DNA of 64,000 nt from Planctomycetota bacterium (GCA_965248445.1 CBDFJG010000003.1:1280001-1344000); one strand, 5' to 3'. Shown: positions 30,691 to 41,742, counted from the first letter of the stretch. Notes: generated by a model not told the origin, from the sequence alone. Numbers and translations: made by a program.

Positions 30691-31827
30691 ATGAGGAGCG
30701 ACGTCGCATGGGCCGTGGGACTCTCGGCTGTCGTGCTGGCGGCCGTCGGCGGTGGGATCTGGCTCGCGTCGTCGCCGTTCGAGGACGGTTCATCGAGCGG
30801 GTACGCGAGCGACGGTGCCGTGGCGACCACAGCGCAGGACGCCGGTGGGACGGACGTCGCCCGCGACGGGCGGCGGCAGGCGGCGCCATCGAGGACCCCA
30901 CGCAGCGAGGTCGGGGAGCCGGCGCGAGCGCCGGGACAGCGCAGCGTCGAGCGCGACTCGCGCCCCGCGTTCGACGAACTCCTCGGACACCTCGCCGTGT
31001 GGGATGCCGCCACGGCGAAGGAGCGCGGGCTCGCCGGGCGGCGCGTCTCCCGCCTGGTAGAGGGACTCGAACTCACCGGCCTCGAGACGTTCACGCTCGA
31101 CGACGAGACCCACGACATCGCGGTATACGCCGAGAGCAAGACCGGGCTCGAGTTCGTGCTCGTTCCCGCAGGGTCGTTCCTCATGGGTGTACCGCGGTCC
31201 GACGAGTGGGCAACGGACGCGGACACGGCACACGTGGTCACGCTCACGAAGGCGTTCTTGATCTCCCGCACGGAGGTCACGGTCGACGCCTGGAATCGCA
31301 TCATGACCGACGCGAAGCGCCCGGGCCGGGGCGGGAGTCCGAAACCGAGCCCGGGCCAGGGCGCGGGCGACCGTCCCGTCGTGCGAGTCTCCTGGAACGT
31401 CGCAACCGCGTTCTGCGAGCGTGCGGGCATGCTCCTTCCGACGGAGGCGCAGTGGGAGTACGCATGCCGCGCGGGGACGAACACCCGGTTCTACTCGGGT
31501 GACACGGAGGACGATCTGGCCCGCATCGCGTGGTGCAAGCAGAACGCCGACGGGCGCAGTCATGCCGTGGCGCAGCGCCCCCCGAACGCGTTCGGGCTCT
31601 ACGACACGCACGGAAACGTGCTCGAGTGGTGCCGCGACGGGTACGCGCCCTTCGACGAGGAGGCGGCGACCGATCCGACCGGCGCGATCGGTTCGTTACT
31701 CCGGCTCATCCGAGGCGGGAGCTTCGAGCACAGCGGTCAATCGTCTACGGCCGGGAACCGCCATCGCCAGGGTCCGCAGGGCACGTTCCACCACGTCGGA
31801 TTCCGTCCCGTGATCGAGTTCCCGTGA
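30691..31827 (+). CDS. formylglycine-generating enzyme (FGE-sulfatase/SUMF1) domain protein
   Basis: 'FVLVPAGSFLMG', 'TEVT', 'PVVRVSW', 'LPTEAQWEYACRAG', 'NAFGLYDTHGNVLEWC', 'GFR'; N-terminal TM. Confidence 0.9.
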   Translation: MRSDVAWAVGLSAVVLAAVGGGIWLASSPFEDGSSSGYASDGAVATTAQDAGGTDVARDGRRQAAPSRTPRSEVGEPARAPGQRSVERDSRPAFDELLGHLAVWDAATAKERGLAGRRVSRLVEGLELTGLETFTLDDETHDIAVYAESKTGLEFVLVPAGSFLMGVPRSDEWATDADTAHVVTLTKAFLISRTEVTVDAWNRIMTDAKRPGRGGSPKPSPGQGAGDRPVVRVSWNVATAFCERAGMLLPTEAQWEYACRAGTNTRFYSGDTEDDLARIAWCKQNADGRSHAVAQRPPNAFGLYDTHGNVLEWCRDGYAPFDEEAATDPTGAIGSLLRLIRGGSFEHSGQSSTAGNRHRQGPQGTFHHVGFRPVIEFP

Positions 31828-31877
31828 GTCTCACCGGTCGGCAGTTCCTGACTCAGTTCTGACGGGAGATCGACGAC

Positions 31878-32756
31878 GTGACCGCACCCACGATTCTGAG
31901 CGATGAGGAGTGCCGGCGGCGGGCGGACATGGGCGCGCTCGTCGAGGTCATCGAGAGTGCGCTGCGCGCCCACGCGGACGGGCGGCTGGTGGCGCCCCCG
32001 CGGTTCCACGTGCCGTTCGGCGACCGCGGCGACCTCGCGTTCACGTGCGGCGGTGAACTGGGAGGCACCGACGCCGCCGGGTTTCGCGTGTACGACCGGT
32101 TTCACGCGGCGTCGCCCGATCGGAGCCAGCTCGTGGCCGTGTTCAACTCCCGGACGGGCGCATTCGTGGGTGCTGTCGTGGGGTCCGCCCTCGGCGCGCT
32201 GCGGACCGGCGCGATCGGTGGCACTGCAGTTCGCGCCATGTCCCGTCCCGAATCCCAGCGGCTGGCCGTGATCGGCACCGGTACGCAAGCACGCACGCAG
32301 ATACTGGCGGCAGCCTACGTACGCGAAGTCACCGACGTGCGCGTCTTCGGGCGGGATCCCACGCGACGGGCGCAGTTCTGCGAGGCGCTCTCGGTGGAGA
32401 CGGGCCTCGCCGTGAACCCGGCGGCGAGCGCGCGCGCAGCGATTGGCGGAGCCGACATCGTGATCACGGCGACGAACAGCGGCGAGCCGGTGATCGACCC
32501 CGAGTGGCCGGTGGAACTGGCCGACCGTGCGGCGAGCATCGTCTCGGATGCACCCGGCCAGCTGGCGGCCTACGGCGACACGTTCCTCCTCGCGGGCCAC
32601 CCCGCTCTCGGCCGGCTGCGCGCACTGAGTGAGATCGTCGCGGATCCCCGCGGGCTCGGACGGCGCGGCGACGATCTCAGCCTGTTCATCTCGACCGGGC
32701 TCGCAGGCACCGAGGTCCTCGTCGCAGAGGCGCTCCTGCGCGTCGACGTCCCCTAG
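31878..32756 (+). CDS. ornithine cyclodeaminase/mu-crystallin family protein (apparent internal gap)
   Basis: 'LGALRTGA', Rossmann motif 'IGTGTQA', 'ADIVITATNS', 'FISTGLAG'. Confidence 0.85.
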   Translation: MTAPTILSDEECRRRADMGALVEVIESALRAHADGRLVAPPRFHVPFGDRGDLAFTCGGELGGTDAAGFRVYDRFHAASPDRSQLVAVFNSRTGAFVGAVVGSALGALRTGAIGGTAVRAMSRPESQRLAVIGTGTQARTQILAAAYVREVTDVRVFGRDPTRRAQFCEALSVETGLAVNPAASARAAIGGADIVITATNSGEPVIDPEWPVELADRAASIVSDAPGQLAAYGDTFLLAGHPALGRLRALSEIVADPRGLGRRGDDLSLFISTGLAGTEVLVAEALLRVDVP

Positions 32757-32766
32757 CGCGAGACGG

Positions 32767-33495
32767 CTAGCGCGCGAACAGGGCGTCGGCGGCGCGCAGC
32801 GTGTAGGGCGGCTGGTCCGTCGCCCGCTGTCCGTAGATCCCGAACAGGCGGTATCCGGAAGGTGCCAGCGCTTCCACGACCCGGTCGATGTGCACCAGGC
32901 GGGGGCGGTCGGCCGAGAACCCGACCTCGACGGCGATGAAGTCGATGCGTCTCGCCTCGAGGAGCGGCCGTGCGCCTTCGATCACGGCGATCTCGTGCCC
33001 CTCGGTGTCCGTCTTCACGAACTCGGCGTGCTGGATCCCGGTGCGGTCGAAGAACTCGGTGAGCGTGGTGCGCTCGACCTCCTCTGCGCACCCGGCCCGA
33101 GCGTCCTCCTCGATCCGGCTCTTGACGCTCCGCGACGCCACGTGCATGACGGCCGTCCCACGGCGATCGCTGATCGCGAGATTGTGGCACGTGACACGCT
33201 GTCCCTTGACCGCGCCGCAGAGGCGGTCGTAGGTGGCCCGCACCGGCTCCACCGAGTGGATCAGGGCAGCCGGAAAGTGGTGGCGGAACGCGAGCGCAGA
33301 CTGACCGACGTTCGCACCGACGTCGACGATGGTCCGCGGCTCGCCGCCGTAGCGCCGCAGATCGTCGAGCAAATCCAGCCCGTGCGGGGCGCGGCGGAGG
33401 ACGCGCACCCCGGTCGCTCTGGTGATCCAGCGGTTGATCCGTCGCAGCATGAACCCGTGCTGCGAGACCGTACGGCGCCCATTCGACGCCGTCAC
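32767..33495 (-). CDS. FkbM family methyltransferase
   Basis: 'IVDVGANVGQ', 'SVEP', 'FVKTDTEGHEIAVIEGA'; start may be the ATG at 33450. Confidence 0.88.
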   Translation of the reverse strand: MTASNGRRTVSQHGFMLRRINRWITRATGVRVLRRAPHGLDLLDDLRRYGGEPRTIVDVGANVGQSALAFRHHFPAALIHSVEPVRATYDRLCGAVKGQRVTCHNLAISDRRGTAVMHVASRSVKSRIEEDARAGCAEEVERTTLTEFFDRTGIQHAEFVKTDTEGHEIAVIEGARPLLEARRIDFIAVEVGFSADRPRLVHIDRVVEALAPSGYRLFGIYGQRATDQPPYTLRAADALFAR

Positions 33496-33846
33496 GCCAT
33501 GCCGGACCGACCCGCCGCTCAGCCCGGCCGTTCAGCCGGCACAGGATCCGACAGACGGGCGACGTCGTATCCGACGTGCCATGGCGCACACGGCTTTCCG
33601 CCGTGGCCTCCCAGAGCGAGTCCGCCAGCTTTCGCCACGGCCAGGCGAGTGGGCGGCTTCGCGGGCTACGATCCCGCCTTGGCGCATCGTCCGAACAGGC
33701 TCAAGCTCAGGCTCCGTGCGGCGTATTCCGGCGTCCGATCCGCCTGATCGGCCAACGAGCCTGTCCCGTGAAACTGACGGCTCGTGGATTCGTCATGGAG
33801 CGACGGAACAGCGCGTGTCACACAGAATCCCGTCTACTATTCCGCC

Positions 33847-36800
33847 ATGGGATCGGGGATGCGCCGCCTCTTCGTCGGATTCAGCCTCGCGGCCGTCTCT
33901 GTATCCGCCATGAGCGGCGGTACCGCGGCGGAAGCGCAGGAGGCCCGCCGTCCGGCCGTGCGGTGCCCGCCGACCGAGGGCGTGATCCGGGTGGACGGGC
34001 GGCTCGACGAGTGGTCTGCCTCCGCCATGCTCACGCTCGGTGAAGCGCAGCTGGTCCGGCGCGACCCACAGTACTTCGGACCCGGGGACCTCTCCGGTGA
34101 GATCTTCGTCGCCCGGGACGCCACGTCTCTCTACGTGGCCGGCCGGATCAAGGACGACACGCTGTTCTGGAACGCGCGGACGTCGTTCCGGGGGGACGGT
34201 GTCGAGCTGTTCCTCGACTTCCACCCGGACCCGGACAGCAGGGCTCCTGACGACGGCTACGACGGGCACACCCACCAGCTCCTCCTGCACCCGCTCGCGC
34301 CGGAGGTGAAGTGGAACTTCGGCGCTCTGTCGGGACGGATCTCACGACCGGATGATCCCGTCGACGGTCTCGAACTGGCGGCCCTGCCGATGCGGGACGA
34401 GAAGGACGCGACCGTCGGCTACACGTTCGAGCTGGCGCTTCCCCTCCACAACCTGACGGATGAGACGCTCACCGACGGCCGCGTGCTCGGGTTCGACGTG
34501 GCGCTCTCCGACTCCGACGGCCTGCCCGAGCAGAAGAACTACGCCACCTGGAGCGGCAACGAGCAGCTCTCGCAGTTTCCGGCCCGGTTCGGGCGCCTGG
34601 TCCTCGGCGAGGACCCAGCCGCTCCCGCGCAACCGGGTCACCAACGCGGGTCGCAGGCCGCCCCGCTCGCCATCCTGCTCGCGATCCTCGGCGCGCTGCT
34701 CTTCGCCTGGCTGGCGCGCCTCGGCACACCGGGCGGCCGCCGTCTCGCGGGGATTTTGGATGCCGTGCGGCGGGTCCGTCTCCGCACGAAGCTGATCGCC
34801 GGCGCCGTGCTGGTCGGATTGCTGCTGGTCACCCACTTCGGCGCGGGGTGGCTGGAACGGCGCCTGACACGCAGCGAGGTCGAGACGCGGCGCCTACTCG
34901 CGGCGGATGTGCTCTCCGCGGCGCGCGAGGCCGGGCGACTACGGCTGCTCGAACCGGACCCGCCCGAGGAGCCGGCACCGCTGATCTCGCTGCTCTCCGG
35001 ACGCACGCTCGCCCCGCCGGTCGACTACGACTTCACACTGCTGCCTCCGCAGGAGGAAGTGCCCCACCAGACTCTCGACGGCATCCCATACATGCGTCGC
35101 GACGTGCCCGTCATGACGCGATACACCGGTCAGTTCCTCGTGCACCCCCCGGCGCGGGCGCAACGCGCCACCGTGGTCTACTCGTACCGGCTGGACGATC
35201 CCGCGACGCGACCCGAGCCGGACACGGTCGTCGCGGAGTTTCGTTTCGTGCATCGGGACGGTCGCGTCCCGCCTCCGACGCTGCTGCGATTCGGGCGCCA
35301 GGTGGATGCATTCGATGACGCCGTCAGCACCGCGGGCGCAACGGCACCGAACGCCCCGGAGGCCCGCGTGGCGATTGCCTGGGAGGCCGACGACGGCGCT
35401 GCGCGCCACGCACTCTCTCTCGACGTCGAATTGCCGAGCGGAGAGAACCTGGCGCCCCTCGTGCGCATCGAGGTCGAGCCACGGGGCGCCGCCGGAACGC
35501 TGGTCATTCACGGCGTTGCCGTGCTCGAAGATTCAGCCGCCCCACCACGACCGCTGTCGCTCGGCCGCGCGACGCGGGCCGGCACGCCGACGGCCGCTGG
35601 GCCGTTCCCCGGCGACGGCGCAGTGCTCGAGATGTCCCGCGACGCCGACTGGCACGTGCTACGCGACCTCGACATCCGCGCCGACGCACTCTGGATCGTG
35701 ACGGGGCTGCGGCGAGAGTTCGCGCGGCATCGCTACCGGGCGCGCGTTGCGATTGTCGACATCGTGCTCGACGACGGCTCGGTGGAGGGTCCGTTCGCGC
35801 TCGAGAACGGTGTGTCGATCGACGCCGAGACAGCGCCGGCGCGCCAGCACGTGGACGGGTACAGAGGGGAGGTCGCGTACGAGTGGGGCGTGCCCGGCGA
35901 GTCCCGGAGACACGCAGACGTCGTCGCGCTGCCCTTCCAGAAGACGGGTCGCCGCATCCGCGAAGTCCAGCTGCAATTCACGGGTGAGGACGAAGTCGTG
36001 CGCGTGTTCGCGATCACTGCGGGCGCCGTGCGGCCGCGTGCAGACGAGGATGATGCGTCCCGCGCACACCTCGAGCGCACCGATGCGGGATACCGCATCC
36101 CCGAGCAGAGCCTCGCGCCGTTGGCAGATAGCGTCTTCACGCTGTTCCGCAACGGCGAGGCGGTCGCAACGACACGCCCCGGTGCGTCGCGCGACCGTGT
36201 GCTCGCCCGCCGGCTCAGCGCCGAGATCATCGAGGAGATCGGAGGCAACGACCAGGGCGTTGTGCGCACGCGTGTCGTCGACAAGCGGACCCAACACTCG
36301 CTTCTCGTCCCGGTTCGCGGCGGTCCGATGGGCGAGGTCCTCGAACTGACGTGGCCGAGCGAGGTCGAGACCCAGCTGGCCGGGATGCTGACGCTCGTGC
36401 GCGGCGTGCTGCTGGCTTTGCTCGTGCCGCTCCTGGTGCTGCTCGCGTCGGATCTGCTGCTCCTGGTCGCGTCGCTGCACGCGCGACTCGTGCTCGCAGT
36501 CGCGACGACCGCGGCGATTCCGATCGTGCTCGCGGCGTTCGCCGTGCCGCAATTCGTGGAGACGAAGATCGAGGGCGCGGAGTCCGACGCGGTGATCGAG
36601 AAGGCGCAGGCCGTGCGAAGGCGCCTCTCCTCTCTGCGCTCACTGGCGCGTACGCAGGCCGAGGCCGTCATGCGCGACGAGGCGCTGGCCGAGGCGTTGC
36701 GGAGACGGGGAGACGAGGACTTCCGGCCCGCCGTAGCGGCGGCGCTGCGCGACGCGGAACGCCAAGTCGCCGCCGCCGTCGGATTCGAGGCGCGCCTCGC

Positions 36801-39522
36801 CATCGAGGTCGCGCCGCTTTCCGAGGGACCGGACGAGCCGGTGGTGATCCCGGACGGCGCGAAGTGGACCGTGTTCAACAGCCCGATCGTCAACATGACC
36901 AATCCGCTGGCGTACAGGCGCGGGCGCCTGCTGGCAACGGGCGTCGCGAAGACGAATCTCGACGTCGCGGGCGACTGGCGCGCGACGCTCGTCGTCGAAG
37001 TCCCCCTCGGGCGCACGGCAATCGAGGAGGCGGCGCGTGCCGCCGGGGGCCGGACCCAGGCGATGCTCTACACGCCCCGGGGGTATCCGCTCGCGGGCAC
37101 ACTCGAGATGCGCAGCGAGCGCGCTCCGCAGGAGATGGAACGCAAGCGCGACCTGTTGCGCCAGGTGCTCGCGGCACGGCGCCCGATTGCGCTGCCGCTG
37201 ACTCTCGAGGGCTCGAGCTACACGGTCGCGTACGACGTGTTGCGCGAGGGCAACGACCCGGTGTGCATCGTCGCAACGGCGCTGCCTCGCGCCGAGACAG
37301 ATGAACTGATCGGCCGCGTCCAGGGAGTCTCGCTGCTCGTGTTCGGCGCCGGGATCCTCATGCAGTTTCTGCTGACGGGACTCGTGGTGGGCAGCACGTC
37401 GGGTCACTTCCGCCGCACGCTGGGACGTGCACGCCTCGCGGCACCGGATTCGGATGTCCATGTAGCAGACGAACTGGGCGTGCTCGACGGGGCCTTGCGC
37501 GATCTGCGCCGCGACCGCGACCTCTACCGCGGCGAGTTGCAGGGATTGCACGACGCCACCGCCAGCCTCGGAGACGCGCGCGGTCCGGCGGACGCCGTCG
37601 AGCGCGCGCTCAGCGTTGTCAAGACGACGCTGACACCGTGGGGCGCCGTGCTCATCGGGCCCGCCGAGTCCGGCGCGACCTGGATACTCGGCGGTCACCA
37701 CGGCGAGATGGAGATCGCGCCGGGTGCTCCTCCGAGCGCCGCGCTCGACTTGCTGGAAGCGACTCTGCACGGCGGAGCTCCCACGGAACTCGACCTGCAG
37801 GACAGCGAGGAGTTCGACGCGGAGTTGCTGGCGCCCCTCTTCGGCGGCGCCCGCCGCGTGAGCGCCTATCCGCTCGCAGCGGACGGACCCGGCGCTCTCG
37901 TGCTGCTCGAACAGTCCGAGGGCCGCGCCCCGCGCCGACACCATGCCGAGTTCGCAGCCGCCCTGGCGCGGCACGCCGGCCTCGCACTGCGAAGTGCGCG
38001 GCTAGTTCGCATGGCGGTACACGACCTCGACACGGGCGCGTACGTCGCGAACTACTTCGACCGGCGTCTGGCAGAGGAGGTCGACCGCTCGTCGGCGACG
38101 CGCCACCCGATCGCGCTGTTGCTCGTCCGCGTGGAGGGCCTCGGCGAAGGCGCCACCGGACGCCGCCGGCGACGCATGGTCGCTGACGTGCTGCGCGAGC
38201 GCTCGCCCGGCCGCGCCTTCGTCGGTGTTCGCGACGGCGGGGTGCTCGCCGTGGCGATCCCCGAGAGCGACCGCGAGGCGGCCGAAGCGCTCGCCCGCGA
38301 CGTGACGCGCACCGCCGCCGGCCGCGGACTCGCCGACGCGCGGCTGTTCATGGGCAGCGCCGCGTGCCCGGAGGACGCCGGCAGCGCCGAGTTCCTCTTC
38401 ACCGAGGCCCGCAAGCGGCTCAGCGAGGCAGTCTCCGGCCCGGCCGAGTCCGGACGCAGATCCGACCGCCGGCGACGGCTGATCGAGGACGCGCTCGCAC
38501 TCGGCGTCGTGTTCCGTAGCGAGAAGGGCATCCAACTCCTGGAGACGATCGAGCGAATTGCTGGCAGCGACCTGACGATCCTGATCGAGGGCGAAACCGG
38601 CACGGGCAAGGAGATCGTCGCCGAACTGACCCACCGCAAGAGCCCGCGCGCGGGGCGGCCGCTGGTGAAAGTCAACTGCGCCGCGATCCCCGAGTCGCTG
38701 CTCGAGAGCGAGCTGTTCGGTTACGAGCCGGGCGCGTTCACCGGTGCGGAGCGCCGCAAGCCGGGACGCTTCGAGCTCGCCGACGGCGGAACGCTGTTCC
38801 TCGATGAGGTCGGAGAGATGTCACGGGCCGTGCAGGTGAAGCTGCTGCGCGTGCTCGAGGACCGCGCCGTCGAACCGCTCGGCGGAACGCGGCCGCTACC
38901 AGTGGACGTGCGCATCGTCGTGGCAACCAATCGCGATCTCCGCTCCGAGGTGGCTGCGGGCCGTTTCCGCGAGGACCTGTTCTACCGTCTCAACGCTGTG
39001 TCGGTCGTCATCCCGCCGCTGCGCGCGCGCAAGGACGACATTCCGGCGCTGGCGGGTGAGTTCTTGCGCCGTGCCGCCGAGGCGGCGGGCCGCGCCGTGC
39101 CGACAATTGCGCCCGATGCGATGGACCTCCTGTTCCGTCACCCGTGGCCCGGCAACGTGCGCGAACTGCGCAACGCAATCGATCAGGCAGTCGTTCTGTC
39201 GCCGGACGACACGCTGCGCGCACGCGACCTGACACCGGCTATCGGCGCTGCGCGGACCCGGCGCGGCGAGTCCCCGATCACACCCGGCGGGCTGTTCCCG
39301 CGTCCTGCGGCACCGCGCGCAGGTGCGGGTGGCGGGCTGACGGACCGTCAGCGCCGCTTGCTCGCCCTTCTCGCCGAGCGCGACATCCTCACGAACGGCG
39401 AGTACTGCGCGATCGTCAAGGTGTCGACGCGGACCGGCCTGCGCGACCTGCAAGACCTGCTGCGTCGAGGCCTGATCGTGATGGAAGGCAAACGCCGCGG
39501 CGCTCGCTATCGGCTCGCTTAG
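33847..39522 (+). CDS. giant membrane-spanning sigma-54-dependent activator (CBM9-like / extracytoplasmic domains / GAF-like / degenerate GGDEF / AAA+ / wHTH)
   Basis: Signal peptide; 'VDGRLDEW...[10 protein letters not shown]...GDGVELFLD...GYTFELALP...[10 protein letters not shown]' (CBM9/DOMON-like); five TM segments; '[12 protein letters not shown]', '[16 protein letters not shown]', GAFTGA, 'LFLDEVGE', 'FREDLFYRL', 'WPGNVREL'; C-terminal winged helix '[13 protein letters not shown]'. Start set at the ATG 6 nt after TACTAT. Confidence 0.88.
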   Translation: MGSGMRRLFVGFSLAAVSVSAMSGGTAAEAQEARRPAVRCPPTEGVIRVDGRLDEWSASAMLTLGEAQLVRRDPQYFGPGDLSGEIFVARDATSLYVAGRIKDDTLFWNARTSFRGDGVELFLDFHPDPDSRAPDDGYDGHTHQLLLHPLAPEVKWNFGALSGRISRPDDPVDGLELAALPMRDEKDATVGYTFELALPLHNLTDETLTDGRVLGFDVALSDSDGLPEQKNYATWSGNEQLSQFPARFGRLVLGEDPAAPAQPGHQRGSQAAPLAILLAILGALLFAWLARLGTPGGRRLAGILDAVRRVRLRTKLIAGAVLVGLLLVTHFGAGWLERRLTRSEVETRRLLAADVLSAAREAGRLRLLEPDPPEEPAPLISLLSGRTLAPPVDYDFTLLPPQEEVPHQTLDGIPYMRRDVPVMTRYTGQFLVHPPARAQRATVVYSYRLDDPATRPEPDTVVAEFRFVHRDGRVPPPTLLRFGRQVDAFDDAVSTAGATAPNAPEARVAIAWEADDGAARHALSLDVELPSGENLAPLVRIEVEPRGAAGTLVIHGVAVLEDSAAPPRPLSLGRATRAGTPTAAGPFPGDGAVLEMSRDADWHVLRDLDIRADALWIVTGLRREFARHRYRARVAIVDIVLDDGSVEGPFALENGVSIDAETAPARQHVDGYRGEVAYEWGVPGESRRHADVVALPFQKTGRRIREVQLQFTGEDEVVRVFAITAGAVRPRADEDDASRAHLERTDAGYRIPEQSLAPLADSVFTLFRNGEAVATTRPGASRDRVLARRLSAEIIEEIGGNDQGVVRTRVVDKRTQHSLLVPVRGGPMGEVLELTWPSEVETQLAGMLTLVRGVLLALLVPLLVLLASDLLLLVASLHARLVLAVATTAAIPIVLAAFAVPQFVETKIEGAESDAVIEKAQAVRRRLSSLRSLARTQAEAVMRDEALAEALRRRGDEDFRPAVAAALRDAERQVAAAVGFEARLAIEVAPLSEGPDEPVVIPDGAKWTVFNSPIVNMTNPLAYRRGRLLATGVAKTNLDVAGDWRATLVVEVPLGRTAIEEAARAAGGRTQAMLYTPRGYPLAGTLEMRSERAPQEMERKRDLLRQVLAARRPIALPLTLEGSSYTVAYDVLREGNDPVCIVATALPRAETDELIGRVQGVSLLVFGAGILMQFLLTGLVVGSTSGHFRRTLGRARLAAPDSDVHVADELGVLDGALRDLRRDRDLYRGELQGLHDATASLGDARGPADAVERALSVVKTTLTPWGAVLIGPAESGATWILGGHHGEMEIAPGAPPSAALDLLEATLHGGAPTELDLQDSEEFDAELLAPLFGGARRVSAYPLAADGPGALVLLEQSEGRAPRRHHAEFAAALARHAGLALRSARLVRMAVHDLDTGAYVANYFDRRLAEEVDRSSATRHPIALLLVRVEGLGEGATGRRRRRMVADVLRERSPGRAFVGVRDGGVLAVAIPESDREAAEALARDVTRTAAGRGLADARLFMGSAACPEDAGSAEFLFTEARKRLSEAVSGPAESGRRSDRRRRLIEDALALGVVFRSEKGIQLLETIERIAGSDLTILIEGETGTGKEIVAELTHRKSPRAGRPLVKVNCAAIPESLLESELFGYEPGAFTGAERRKPGRFELADGGTLFLDEVGEMSRAVQVKLLRVLEDRAVEPLGGTRPLPVDVRIVVATNRDLRSEVAAGRFREDLFYRLNAVSVVIPPLRARKDDIPALAGEFLRRAAEAAGRAVPTIAPDAMDLLFRHPWPGNVRELRNAIDQAVVLSPDDTLRARDLTPAIGAARTRRGESPITPGGLFPRPAAPRAGAGGGLTDRQRRLLALLAERDILTNGEYCAIVKVSTRTGLRDLQDLLRRGLIVMEGKRRGARYRLA

Positions 39523-39706
39523 CACGGCACTCGAATCGCGAAGCGATCCTCGCGCCGTGCGTCGCTCGCATGTCCCCCCCTACGCGTCCTCCGGACGCTA
39601 CGGAGGGCTGCGGTCACGGTGCTTGCTGCGCAACCCCCGCGCCCTCGCGTTCGCTACGTCGGCAACGGACCGGGCTGCGCGGGGGCGGGCATCACTAGCC
39701 TCGGGG

Positions 39707-40924
39707 CTACTCGCTCTTCGGGGCGGCGACGCGGTCGAGTTCGGCGGGCGGCAGGATCAGGCGTCCCTCGCCGGGGTGCAGGATCGTGAACGTCACGAAG
39801 ATCACGAGCTCTGTCTTCTGTTCACGTTCGGTCGTCGAGCCGAACAGGCTCCCGATCAGTGGGATGTCCTTGAGCAACGGGATGCCCTTGCGTTCGGACA
39901 GTTTCTGCGTCTGCTGAAGCCCGCTGATGACGACGGTCTCGCCGTCCGGGATCATCACCACCGTCTTCGCGTTGCGCGTCGAGATCACCGGGTTGATCAC
40001 GTCGCGTTCGGTCGACGTGCTGGTGATGCGGAACTCGGAGACGCGCGAGACCTCGGGCTCGATCGAGGCGCGGACGACGTCCCTCCCGATCTGCAGCGGC
40101 ATCACACGAAGCGTGAGACCCAGGTCCTCGAACTTCGTCGCGGCAACGACGTTCGTACCCGAGAGCGTCTGAGTGACGATCGGCTCGCGCTCGCCGACGT
40201 TGATCGTGGCCACTTCACCGATTGACGCAACGATGCTGGGCATCGACAGCACTTCGGCCTTCGCACCGGAAGCGCCGAGCTGCAGCACGTAGTCGAACTT
40301 CACGAACTTGTCGGCGCTGCCGAGCGCCAGCGTCGAGGCCACGTCCACGCCGATCTGGTTCGCGAACACCGCGTCGAAGCGCTTGAAGAACAGGTCGCCC
40401 ACCGGGCGGTCGGTGCGAACATTGGAACTTTCGATACCGATGCGCAGCTGGTCGTCGAGAGTGATCTCGACGATCTTCGCCTCGACGTGCACCTGCGGCG
40501 GCGGCACGTCGATCATGGCCAGCACCTTCTCGAGGATCGGCCAGTTGTCGACGTGCTCTTCGATCCGCAGCGTCGTCTGGGCGAGCACGGTGGTCTTGTC
40601 GACCGGGACCCTGTTGTGGTCGCTCTCCTTGCGGAACTTCACGGGGGCGCCCATGAGGACGACGGTTGCCGGCTTCGTCTTCCACTTCGTGAGCTCGTCG
40701 ATCACCAGTTTCGGGTCGACGGCGTTGACGCGGTGAAAGCGGATCTCCATCCCGTCGGGCTTTCGAATGGTCGTGGCGTTCACGAACTCGAGGGCGCGCT
40801 CCGGCTCAGCGCCGTCCGGCTCTTCGTCGCCCACTGCGGGCGGGTCCTCCGCACGGGCGGTGGGCGGTGCCGGCATGGCGAGAGCCAAGCAGACGACGAG
40901 GAGAGAGCGTGCCGTGAGTCTCAA
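39707..40924 (-). CDS. secretin (type II/III secretion or type IV pilus GspD/PilQ-like), short form
   Basis: Signal peptide; 'IDVPPPQVHVEAKIVE', 'GLTLRVMP', 'DGETVVISGL', 'GIPLLKDIPLIGSLF', 'ELVIFVT'. Confidence 0.9.
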   Translation of the reverse strand: MRLTARSLLVVCLALAMPAPPTARAEDPPAVGDEEPDGAEPERALEFVNATTIRKPDGMEIRFHRVNAVDPKLVIDELTKWKTKPATVVLMGAPVKFRKESDHNRVPVDKTTVLAQTTLRIEEHVDNWPILEKVLAMIDVPPPQVHVEAKIVEITLDDQLRIGIESSNVRTDRPVGDLFFKRFDAVFANQIGVDVASTLALGSADKFVKFDYVLQLGASGAKAEVLSMPSIVASIGEVATINVGEREPIVTQTLSGTNVVAATKFEDLGLTLRVMPLQIGRDVVRASIEPEVSRVSEFRITSTSTERDVINPVISTRNAKTVVMIPDGETVVISGLQQTQKLSERKGIPLLKDIPLIGSLFGSTTEREQKTELVIFVTFTILHPGEGRLILPPAELDRVAAPKSE

Positions 40925-40966
40925 CCGGGTCCTCCGCAGGTCCCAACCGACTAGAGAAGTCTGCGA

Positions 40967-41425
40967 CTAGAGCTTCTGGATGACCGCGTCGGTGATGTCC
41001 GGGACGTCGTCCACGTTCTCCACCGCGCCCTTGCGGGCGACCAGGTCGTACTTGCCGGCGCGGGCGGCCTTCTTGACCGCAGCGACGAACCGGCGACTGG
41101 CCTTGTTCATCAGGAGCTGGTACTTCGCGTCGTCGGGCCCGAGTCCCTCGGCCAGGATCTGCTTGTACTCCGGTATTTCGGCATAGACGGCGTCGGCATC
41201 CACCTCGGCCGGCTTCTTCCAGTGGGCGGCGTCGCCGTAATACACGGCGGATGCCTCCACGCTGGGCTTCGGCTTCTTCTCGACGTCGCCGGCCTCGACC
41301 GGCTCGTCCGCGCGTGCGGGTGCCGGGGGGGCCAGGGGCAAGAGGAGGATGGCTGCGGAGAGCGCCAGAGGGAGCGACAGCCGTCGTCCGCCTGCCGGGA
41401 TGCGGGAAGTGAATCCGTCTCGCAT
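40967..41425 (-). CDS. secreted Skp/OmpH-like small protein
   Basis: AGGAGG RBS, signal peptide ending ARA; 'VDADAVYAEIPEYK' and 'AVKKAARAGKYDLV...DITDAVIQKL' resemble the Skp N- and C-terminal body. Confidence 0.6.
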   Translation of the reverse strand: MRDGFTSRIPAGGRRLSLPLALSAAILLLPLAPPAPARADEPVEAGDVEKKPKPSVEASAVYYGDAAHWKKPAEVDADAVYAEIPEYKQILAEGLGPDDAKYQLLMNKASRRFVAAVKKAARAGKYDLVARKGAVENVDDVPDITDAVIQKL

Positions 41426-41516
41426 CTCACCCTCCTGCCGTTCGCACCGATCCGCTGCGTCCTTCGCGGCGGACATCCGTGATCCATTGGACGGCCCGAC
41501 CGTCCGCTGGATCCCA

Positions 41517-41532
41517 CGCTCATTGCGTGCCG
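41517..41532 (-). promoter_or_regulatory. candidate sigma-54 (-24/-12) promoter for the Skp-like/secretin operon
   Basis: Minus strand CGGCACGCAATGAGCG: GG-N10-GC spacing with a GGCACG -24 box, about 90 nt upstream of ATG 41425; the -12 box is non-consensus (GAGC rather than TTGC). Confidence 0.35.
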
Positions 41533-41742
41533 TGGCGCAAATCGGCGTGTCCAAATGCGAGGATACTCACAACCTCAAGTGAAATAGGGGCTTAGGGCGG
41601 TTTCCGCCTCGGCGGGATTCCGCCGCGAATCGGCTGTGGTTATCCGCCGTCGCGGCAATGGCGCGATCGACAGCAGCGCGGTGGCGGAATCGGACCGCGC
41701 ACCGGCGCGATCCCCGGTGGGCCCATCGAGTAGCCTCCCGCG

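Noticed and set aside
33496..33846. Possible small gene or remnant in the divergent FkbM/activator gap
   Set aside because: No frame gives a convincing protein, RBS or codon bias.
39525..39540. GG-N10-GC motif (CGGCACTCGAATCGCG) just after the activator stop
   Set aside because: Points into the 3' end of a convergent gene with no downstream plus-strand ORF, and lies within a hairpin; likely chance.
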